A stretch of 64,000 nucleotides of DNA. Origin: a bacterium (GTDB taxonomy: Bacteria; Orphanbacterota; Orphanbacteria; Orphanbacterales; Orphanbacteraceae). Positions 56,980 to 64,000 of the stretch are shown piece after piece. The notes beneath the pieces were generated by a model. It did not search any database. It worked only from the letters and a program-made list of their open reading frames with translations, and had not been told where the DNA came from. The translations under genes were made by a program, and so were the position numbers. The stretch spans positions 340,670 through 404,669 of the forward strand of contig JALGYY010000035.1 in assembly GCA_025782575.1 (NCBI GenBank), given 5' to 3'. Each line of letters opens with the position of its first letter. The first letter of the stretch is position 1.

Positions 56980-57098
56980 ATCCGAGCTTCTTCATGCTCC
57001 AGCACATCGGGCTCAACCCGAGGGGTGGAGACGAGAGTAATCTCGCGAATGCTCTCATGCCGCACGATTACAGGCTTTTCGTAGATTTCAACCTTCAT
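56976..57098 (-). CDS. RiPP precursor peptide A1 (40 aa) MKVEIYEKPVIVRHESIREITLVSTPRVEPDVLEHEEARI
   Basis: translated by hand; leader paralogous to A2; GGGAG RBS upstream. Confidence 0.88.
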   Translation of the reverse strand: MKVEIYEKPVIVRHESIREITLVSTPRVEPDVLEHEEARI

Positions 57099-57414
57099 TG
57101 GCCTAGAACGCTCCCATGTGGTCTTTCGCTACTCTGTTAGCAGTACTCCATGAGAATAATAGACCCTTCCAGGAAAGGTGTCAATAACTAATTGTAAAAT
57201 AGCAAGTTGTGAGGCAAAGGACACATTCGGGGCACTATTTGGCCGATACACTCTTTAATAGCGGCGTGGCTGGGCCCTCGAGAAGCTCATTCGGGCTGAA
57301 TTACCGCCGTTCTGGCCTGCCGCGCCCCCAAAGCCCCCATCGGGAGAGCCCAAGCGCACCAGACGGTCTCAGTACAGGCCCTGTCAGTGGCTCCTGAGCC
57401 TATCAGCATCTCTC

Positions 57415-57969
57415 CTAGATTCTACCCGCTCGATGGATCCCATACCAGTAGAAAGCGGCCACCACCAGAGCGTGGGCGATTTCGCCCCCTTCCATCATCT
57501 TGAGGACCTCAGATTCCGGCCTCAGGATGACCTCGATCTCCTCTCCAGGATCCAGACTCATTTTTGAACTCGGAGAAGCGCCCTCAGCCAGGTAAGTGTG
57601 GCACCGGTTCGTCTGGAATGCCGGATTCGGCTCAACTACTCCCAGCGGGACCCAGCTTCTCGCCTCGTATCCCGTTTCTTCTCTCAATTCGCGGCGAGCA
57701 GCCTCTTCCGGCGAGGAGTCTCTGGCATCCACTCCCCCCCCCGGAATTTCGAGAGTGTACTCTCTGGTACCGTGCCGGAACTGGCGGACCAGCAGGATTT
57801 CCCCAGCATCCGTCCTGGCGATCACATTGACCCAGTCCACAGTCTCCATAACAGTGAATTCTCTTTGAAAGCCGGTGGAAGGTGAAACCGAGCGGTCAAG
57901 GCGGACTGAAAAAATTGCGAAATCGCCCGCATGCCGCGACTGAAGCCGGGTCCATTTCTCGTCCATCAC
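57415..57969 (-). CDS. NUDIX hydrolase (ADP-ribose pyrophosphatase-like)
   Basis: VRQFR and EIPGG..EEAARRELREETGY. Confidence 0.92.
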   Translation of the reverse strand: MMDEKWTRLQSRHAGDFAIFSVRLDRSVSPSTGFQREFTVMETVDWVNVIARTDAGEILLVRQFRHGTREYTLEIPGGGVDARDSSPEEAARRELREETGYEARSWVPLGVVEPNPAFQTNRCHTYLAEGASPSSKMSLDPGEEIEVILRPESEVLKMMEGGEIAHALVVAAFYWYGIHRAGRI

Positions 57970-58128
57970 ATCCTCCGATCAAACGGCAGTATAGCCTGCA
58001 GGGAATTGCCCCGCAACTCCGGGAAGTGTCCCGAATTGACTTCGTCGATCTCGTCGGTTATGGTCCTTATGAGTCACTTAATTGCTTTTCTCATAAACGG
58101 TTTCAGAATACCCCATCGAGAGGACGCC

Positions 58129-58884
58129 ATGTCCGCCAAGCCCCGGAGGTTTCTCGCTGGCGCGGTCCCCCCTTTTCTGATCGTGCCGATCAAAGAAGGG
58201 ACCTCCCAGTCGAATCAGATTGATGAAGCCCAGTACCTCTGGAAAGATTGTAATATGCCCGCTTTTGATACTTGGGAAGCGGCCGCCGCTTTCTCCAGAA
58301 AAGAGTGGCGGAAGAAAACGAGATTTCTCATCTTGAACGGCCCTGCACTGATCGATGACCGTGTACCGATCTACGGCGAGAACGGAGCCTATACCATCGA
58401 GGGTGACGTCCACCGTCGCTACGCCCTGAACCTGAATCAACAGACCCGCCGTCAGATCAGTGCCGGGGGAGTTGTCCGGTGTATGGGAAAAGACGGCCCC
58501 ATGCACGCGCTGATTCAGGTCAAGCGGAAAGGAACCCTTCGATGGGAAGTCCCGAAGGGAAAAATCAAACGACATGAAAGGCTCCGCGATGCCGCAATCC
58601 GGGAAGTGCGGGAAGAGACGGGATTGCAGTCTCCTGTTCACGCACTCGAAGCTCTCGGCCGCGTCGATTACCTGTTCCTTGCCGATGATCGACACCTCTA
58701 CTTCAAGAGCGTCCATTATTATCTGCTGGAAACGGAGAACGCCGACCCTCTCACACCCCGCGCAGAAGAGGGCATTACTGACGCACGCTGGTTTCCCGTC
58801 GAAAATGCATGGGAAATCGTGTCATTTCCGAATCTCAGGCCCATCCTCCGGCGGGCGGCAGATCGGGGAGACCTGACCAAGTAG
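58129..58884 (+). CDS. NUDIX hydrolase with N-terminal extension
   Basis: SAGGVV and WEVPKG..AAIREVREETGL. Confidence 0.85.
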   Translation: MSAKPRRFLAGAVPPFLIVPIKEGTSQSNQIDEAQYLWKDCNMPAFDTWEAAAAFSRKEWRKKTRFLILNGPALIDDRVPIYGENGAYTIEGDVHRRYALNLNQQTRRQISAGGVVRCMGKDGPMHALIQVKRKGTLRWEVPKGKIKRHERLRDAAIREVREETGLQSPVHALEALGRVDYLFLADDRHLYFKSVHYYLLETENADPLTPRAEEGITDARWFPVENAWEIVSFPNLRPILRRAADRGDLTK

Positions 58885-58897
58885 GGGACGTCCCACC

Positions 58898-60019
58898 GTG
58901 CGCGTCACCATGTTCCTCTTCCATACGTTCCAGAATGATCACCGTGTATTGAAAGAAGCCCGGACGCTCATCGCTGCCGGGTATGAAGTGACGCTGATCG
59001 CGCTCAGGGAGAATGATGACTTCCCGCCGGTTCGGGTCGAGTCGGGCATTCATGTGCGTCGCCTTCGGATGCACCGCTGGCCCTTCCGGAAGGGGCGATA
59101 TCTCGAGTACTTCGCCCGCGCCGCCGTCGCCGCGTTTCGCCAGGACGCCGACGTTTACCACTGCCATGATCTGGACACACTCCTGCCGGGATTCTTAGCA
59201 GCCGCCCTCCGTGGCAAACCTGTAATATACGACTCTCACGAACTTTTCACCGAAACACACTTTCTGATCGGAAGATCCAAAGAGAGATTGATGTGGAGTA
59301 TAATCGAGCGGATCTTCATCCGGTTCACGTCTCGCGTGATCACGGTCTCGGAACCGATCGCCGTAGAACTGGCCCGGCGATACGGAATTGAGAAGCCGGT
59401 CTTGCTGCGAAACCTCCCCCGGTTCATGCCCCCCCCTGAACCCGATCCCTTCTTTCCAGAAGACGAGCGGCGCCCGCTCTTCATCTGTCAGGGGTACATG
59501 CAAGAAGGCCGGGGCCTTGAGACGCTTATCCGGGCAATGGCCGAGGTGCCTGACGGCCGGCTCATTCTTCTTGGAGACGGTGAAATATCTGAAAAGCTGC
59601 AGGACCTGATTCTGAAGCAAAGCCTGGAACACAGGGTCAAGCTGCTCCCCGCAGTCCCAATCAGGGAGCTCCCTTCCCGTACGGCAGACGCCGACTTCGG
59701 ACTTATTGCCTACCGGACTGACTCCCTGAATTTTCGGTACGCTCTGCCAAACAAGTTCTTCGAGTACATCATGGCCGGGGTACCGGTAATCACATCGGAC
59801 ATCCCGGAAGTGTCGCGCCTCGTTCGGGAATTCGACCTCGGGATTGTTGTAGACGATTGCACGCCGACCGGTTTCGCCTGCGCTATGCAGCAGATCGCAA
59901 CGGATCATCACCGCCGGAAACGATTCAAGGAAAACTGCCTGAAGAGCACACGCCTCCTGTGCTGGGAGACGGAAGAGACCAGATTACTTCAAGTCTATCA
60001 GGAACTGACCCCCCCCTAG
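58898..60019 (+). CDS. glycosyltransferase family 4
   Basis: DHRVLKEA, YHCHD, YDSHE and PNKFFEYIMAGVPVI. Confidence 0.92.
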   Translation: MRVTMFLFHTFQNDHRVLKEARTLIAAGYEVTLIALRENDDFPPVRVESGIHVRRLRMHRWPFRKGRYLEYFARAAVAAFRQDADVYHCHDLDTLLPGFLAAALRGKPVIYDSHELFTETHFLIGRSKERLMWSIIERIFIRFTSRVITVSEPIAVELARRYGIEKPVLLRNLPRFMPPPEPDPFFPEDERRPLFICQGYMQEGRGLETLIRAMAEVPDGRLILLGDGEISEKLQDLILKQSLEHRVKLLPAVPIRELPSRTADADFGLIAYRTDSLNFRYALPNKFFEYIMAGVPVITSDIPEVSRLVREFDLGIVVDDCTPTGFACAMQQIATDHHRRKRFKENCLKSTRLLCWETEETRLLQVYQELTPP

Positions 60020-60059
60020 CCCGGACTTCTCACGAGATCCTGCAGCCGCGAATGCAGGA

Positions 60060-60668
60060 TCAGATATATCGGAGTAGCCCAACTACCTTGCCGAGGATAC
60101 GGAACTCCCCGTCTGCCGGATCGATCTGGATCGGCTTCATTTTCTTGTTCGCCGGCCGAAGCTCGATCTCGCCATCTTGCTTGTGGAAGTACTTCACAGT
60201 CGCTTCGTCTCCGATCAACGCCGCAATAATCTCGCCGTTTCGAACCTCGGTAGTCGGACGAACCAGTATCATATCCCCATCCGAAATGTGGGCTTCCACC
60301 ATGCTCTCACCTCGGACGCGCAGCAGGAATTCCCCATCCCCCCGGAGAAACGAAGGGTCGATCATGAACGTGTCTTCAATGTTTTCCTCAGCAAGAGTAG
60401 GAACACCCGCGGCAATCCGGCCGAGGAGGGGTATGCCCTGATGATCCTCAGGTTCGATGTAGTTTAATTCCAGCGCCCGCGACTTACCCATTGCTCTCTT
60501 GATATATCCTTTCCGCTCAAGGGCATTCAAGTGATCCACAACGCCCTTCGTCGACCGAATTGAGAATCGGAAACCGATTTCCCGTATGGTTGGCGGGTAA
60601 CCGTATTCTTTATAATGCTGCACGAGATAATCATAGATCTCCCGCTGGCGGTCAGTCAGCCTCTTCAT
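60060..60668 (-). CDS. lexA: SOS repressor LexA
   Basis: LTDRQ, YPPTIREI, IAAG cleavage site, GESM (Ser) and TVK (Lys). Confidence 0.97.
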   Translation of the reverse strand: MKRLTDRQREIYDYLVQHYKEYGYPPTIREIGFRFSIRSTKGVVDHLNALERKGYIKRAMGKSRALELNYIEPEDHQGIPLLGRIAAGVPTLAEENIEDTFMIDPSFLRGDGEFLLRVRGESMVEAHISDGDMILVRPTTEVRNGEIIAALIGDEATVKYFHKQDGEIELRPANKKMKPIQIDPADGEFRILGKVVGLLRYI

Positions 60669-60705
60669 CTCACACTCCCCTCAGCTGTATTGCAGCTTGC
60701 CTCTC

Positions 60706-63318
60706 TCACGATCCTGTCGAACGGAAACCTAGAAGCGGAAGCGGAATCTGTTCATCCCGCCTTTGCGGTTTTCGGTCTCCCTCTTCTCCTCCTGCTCGTT
60801 TCTCTCGTTGTCTGGCTGTTGAAGCTCGTTTCAGCCCGCTACTCCGCCGGCCTGAACTTTCCGCGCGATCAAATGCCATCGCGATGCGCAAGAGAGCCGG
60901 TCTTGGAAACGGCCTGGAAGCCATACGCTCAAGAAATTCCCCGACTGACCGAAACGGTCCCCCGCATTCTCTTTCCTGCGTAATCAGATTCCCCAGATCG
61001 GCATCGATTCCAGGAACGATCGCAAACCCGTTCCTGATTCCTCCGTCAACCTCGGTGAACATATACTCGCTGCTGTTCTTGTCTACAGGAAGGAACGGGG
61101 TCCCCTCCTTTTGAAAGCCCTCGACCAACAGGTGAAGCCTTCTCCTGTCCCCCAGTGACCGATTCAAAATTCTCGCTGCAAAACCGTTGAGACTCCCCTG
61201 TTTCCTTGCACTCAATGTCTGGATCGCACCTGCCAGACGGAGCATGATTCCCCTCTCGGGGACGAGGGGTGTAACGGCACACAATATCGAGAATACTTTT
61301 TCTGCGAAACGGTCTCCTACTCCTCGATCCACCGATCGCCGGACGAAGAAGGACCGATCAGCTCTCAGTTCCGGACCCTCGCCGCATTTCATTCGGTTGA
61401 AGAGATCTTCCGCTTTGGCGTGTTCCACCTTTGTCATTCTGCGAATGATCTCTACTACCTGCTCACGATAGAAAGGGACGCCGTCGGTAACGGTTAGAAT
61501 CTTTTCAATACCGCCTCCCATGAGTGGAATCGGGGCGTTCCCTTTCCTGATCTTGATGATTCTACGGACAAGATCACCCCGTTTGGAGTCCAGACCGGCT
61601 GCGACGAGAAGGGCGATATCCTCCCGATTCCGAGGAGCCAGCATTCTTGCCAGCCGTCTATGCACCGGTCTTGCTGACGCCAGGATACCCGCCCAGTTCC
61701 CCTTTCCGAGAAGCGAATTTCCGTCATCCTCTTCCGGCAGATCATCCGTTGCCCGTAATGCTTCGTCCATCGACGATGCGCGGATTTCAAGATCCAAACC
61801 GGCGTTCATCTCCCAGCATGACTCCGGAGAGTCACACCAGATGAGCGACTCTTTCTCGGCCTGGTAGGTCATGATCGTGTCTCGCGACCAGGGTGGTGTC
61901 TGATTCACCAGTAGAGGGTCCGGAACTTGGTTTTCCCGGTAGTGGGGTTCGAATAGATTTTGGGTGGATCGATTCGATGTGGGTCCGGACCACTCTCCTG
62001 GTGACGATCGTACAATTCGATCGAGACGCTCTTGATCGGCCTGGCTGAGAAAGACCGGCCGAATTTCATGACTGATTGATTCCGCATACCTCTCACTCAT
62101 AACCCGCCTGAAATTGTCGACTGACTTACGGTCTCCGTCGATTACAAAACGCATCCTTCCCTGACCGGTTGGTGTTGAAGCCGACAACTTGTTCTCTTCG
62201 GGATCAATGCTCTGAAGACCGGTTAAATAGCCGAGGAGGCTACCGGATAGGTAGGTAGTCGAGATGCGCGCTCTCCGATCAATCTGTCTCACCAGCGCGA
62301 ACGCTTTCGAAATCTTCTGGACCGCCGGCAATAGTCCCTTGTCCTCATACCGCCAGTATTCAGTCCAGAATCGATTCCCGATCTCCTTCATCTTCCAATC
62401 CGGCTTGCCTTGATATTGCTTCTCGATTTCCGATTGGCATCTGCGAATGAGTTCATCTCCTTCGCTTGCGATCGTTGCCCGATGGACCCTGTCGTTCGCC
62501 GCCCCTCCGCACCGCTCGGCGATCTCTTCCGTCCGGTCGAGCGGTTGAGGGTCGTCTCGGTAACGCTCCTCCATTTCGTCACAGGAGGGCAGGTGCACCG
62601 CCCCTTCGACGACCAGCGGATCGGGGCTGTGAGTCCCCCCGCCGGGAGGGAGAATCGCCCTCAGTTCGGCAAGTCGGGGTCGATCTCCTTTGGTCAGGCA
62701 TCTGACCGGATCAGCCGCTACTCGATCGAGACCGAATCGACGCTCCAGTTTCCGAAGGAAGGGATCGACGAGGCTCTCATGTCGGCTGTTGGTACGGCTT
62801 ACTTCCAGATAAAAATGGGATGGTGTGAACAGTGATGCGAGAAGAGCGGCGGCACGTGATGCCTCGGCGATGAGGCCCTTTACCAGGGCGCCCGATACAG
62901 GGCCGGTCATCCCGCCGCTGAGAGCGATCAACCCCCTGCTGTACCGACCGATTTCATCGAGGTCGGCGATCCCCCTCCGGCGATCGATTCGCCCGGGGGA
63001 CCATATGAGACGAAGAAGCCTGTCCAGATTCCAACGGCCCCGCAGGTCCTCGCACAGAAGAGTGAGGGTGTACACACGCTCGGAAGAGAGGGATCCGCCT
63101 GCGGGGAATGCGACTTCTACTTCCGCCCCTTCGATCGGAGCTACATCTGATTCGTCAAAGGCGGAACGGGCCTGAACGAACCCGAATAGGACACCACGAT
63201 CGACTACGGCCCCTGCACGGATACCCCTCGCGGCCAGAGCCCCGGCCAGATCGACCGGATCGATCAGTGAGAGGACCGGCGAGAATTTGGTGTGCAGCCT
63301 TAGTGGCACGTAGCTCAT
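60706..63318 (-). CDS. degenerate DNA polymerase III alpha (DnaE)-like protein
   Basis: PHP-like N-terminus, GSLLGYLTGL..IDP, TDGVPFYREQV, LPVDKNSS..F and HhH region; catalytic motifs eroded; GGAGGA RBS before ATG 63318. Confidence 0.8.
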   Translation of the reverse strand: MSYVPLRLHTKFSPVLSLIDPVDLAGALAARGIRAGAVVDRGVLFGFVQARSAFDESDVAPIEGAEVEVAFPAGGSLSSERVYTLTLLCEDLRGRWNLDRLLRLIWSPGRIDRRRGIADLDEIGRYSRGLIALSGGMTGPVSGALVKGLIAEASRAAALLASLFTPSHFYLEVSRTNSRHESLVDPFLRKLERRFGLDRVAADPVRCLTKGDRPRLAELRAILPPGGGTHSPDPLVVEGAVHLPSCDEMEERYRDDPQPLDRTEEIAERCGGAANDRVHRATIASEGDELIRRCQSEIEKQYQGKPDWKMKEIGNRFWTEYWRYEDKGLLPAVQKISKAFALVRQIDRRARISTTYLSGSLLGYLTGLQSIDPEENKLSASTPTGQGRMRFVIDGDRKSVDNFRRVMSERYAESISHEIRPVFLSQADQERLDRIVRSSPGEWSGPTSNRSTQNLFEPHYRENQVPDPLLVNQTPPWSRDTIMTYQAEKESLIWCDSPESCWEMNAGLDLEIRASSMDEALRATDDLPEEDDGNSLLGKGNWAGILASARPVHRRLARMLAPRNREDIALLVAAGLDSKRGDLVRRIIKIRKGNAPIPLMGGGIEKILTVTDGVPFYREQVVEIIRRMTKVEHAKAEDLFNRMKCGEGPELRADRSFFVRRSVDRGVGDRFAEKVFSILCAVTPLVPERGIMLRLAGAIQTLSARKQGSLNGFAARILNRSLGDRRRLHLLVEGFQKEGTPFLPVDKNSSEYMFTEVDGGIRNGFAIVPGIDADLGNLITQERECGGPFRSVGEFLERMASRPFPRPALLRIAMAFDRAESSGRRSSGLKRASTARQREKRAGGEEGDRKPQRRDEQIPLPLLGFRSTGS

Positions 63319-63342
63319 AGCTTCCTCCATCGAGCTACACAA

Positions 63343-63372
63343 ACAATACTACACATTTGTAGCCTGCGTCAA
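63343..63372 (-). promoter_or_regulatory. sigma70 promoter with a palindromic operator in the spacer
   Basis: TTGACG-N18-TATTGT; palindrome CTACA-N4-TGTAG at 63349-63362. Confidence 0.6.
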
Positions 63373-63416
63373 ATCTTTTTGTGCTTTTTCTCCGTTTGCC
63401 CGGGGGGATACCCGGG

Positions 63417-64000
63417 CTAGAACAGTCCCTTACTCGAGCCTCCGTCGAACGCGACCGTGTTTCCTGTCAGGAATGCCGCTTTTTCCGAAGCGAGGAAAAG
63501 GACGAGATCGGCCAGCTCCTCCGGTTTACCTAGACGGCCCACCGGCATTCCGGCCGCCCAGTTGTCGAAGACCTGATCCACATGCTCCCCCGTCTTCTCA
63601 GACCGATACTCGGCCAGTTCCTGGAGCCGATCAGTTCGGGTATAGCTCGGAGCCACGCAGTTCACCGTAATGCCGTGCCGGCCCACCTCCCCGGCAAGTG
63701 TTTTGGCGAGACCGACGATCCCGGGCCTCAGCGTGTTGGAGACAAGAAGGTTTTCAATCGGCTGTTTCGCCGAAATCGAGACGATCGGTACGATTCTCCC
63801 CCACTTCTTCTCTTTCATATGGGGAAGCACAGCCTGAGTGAATCGGACGACCGACAGAAAGACCTGATCGAATGCCTGCCTCCAGGCCGCCTCCCCGACC
63901 TCTTCGAACAGGCCTGGCGGGGGGCCGCCGCAATTCGTAACGAGCACGTCCACGCCGCCGAAGCGATCATCCGCTCTCTCGACCACGTTCCGGATCGCCC
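63417..64000 (-). CDS. SDR-family oxidoreductase (5' truncated by window edge)
   Basis: DVLVTNCGGPPPG, WGRIV, SNTLR and GRLGKPEE..FDGG. Confidence 0.9.
   Translation of the reverse strand, partial: AIRNVVERADDRFGGVDVLVTNCGGPPPGLFEEVGEAAWRQAFDQVFLSVVRFTQAVLPHMKEKKWGRIVPIVSISAKQPIENLLVSNTLRPGIVGLAKTLAGEVGRHGITVNCVAPSYTRTDRLQELAEYRSEKTGEHVDQVFDNWAAGMPVGRLGKPEELADLVLFLASEKAAFLTGNTVAFDGGSSKGLF

Noticed and set aside
50215..57098. Calling the cluster a canonical lasso peptide BGC
   Set aside because: No lasso cyclase is in the window and core A2 lacks an Asp/Glu at positions 7-9; reported as lasso-like instead.
57415..60019. NUDIX hydrolases and GT4 as members of the RiPP cluster
   Set aside because: Separated from the precursors by about 300 nt that includes an AT-rich promoter-like stretch, and two are divergently oriented; no linkage evidence without comparative data.

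Overview
A roughly 60% GC bacterial chromosomal segment. The FlgD/T9SS-like C-terminal domain and a C-terminal SWGxVK tail suggest an FCB-related candidate lineage (inference). Positions 1-13.4 kb are an all-plus-strand housekeeping block: RpoS-like sigma, apt, tRNA-Arg, STAS, GGDEF, UDP-sugar enzymes, a two-component pair, LptE and leuS. From 14.5 kb onward nearly all genes are on the minus strand, and the switch point carries duplicated dif-like arms, suggesting the replication terminus. The best candidate for a new system is at 50.2-57.1 kb: two tandem unannotated 40 and 43 aa precursor peptides with lasso-type leaders, followed by an RRE/PqqD, an HPr-kinase-like kinase, a B2 leader peptidase, a nucleotidyltransferase, an ABC exporter and a Thr-nucleophile sulfatase-fold protein, with no lasso cyclase in the window. 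Other highlights are a flagellar regulatory module (FliW, CsrA, FlgM, PilZ, FliA, pseudo-kinase) without structural genes, wired by sigma54 and sigma28 promoters to prkA-yeaH-spoVR; a hidden 56-aa bacterial histone; an ECF-sigma/Ogt fusion; and an apparently catalytically dead DnaE upstream of lexA behind a candidate novel SOS palindrome. All calls come from motif reading by eye; no database searches were run.
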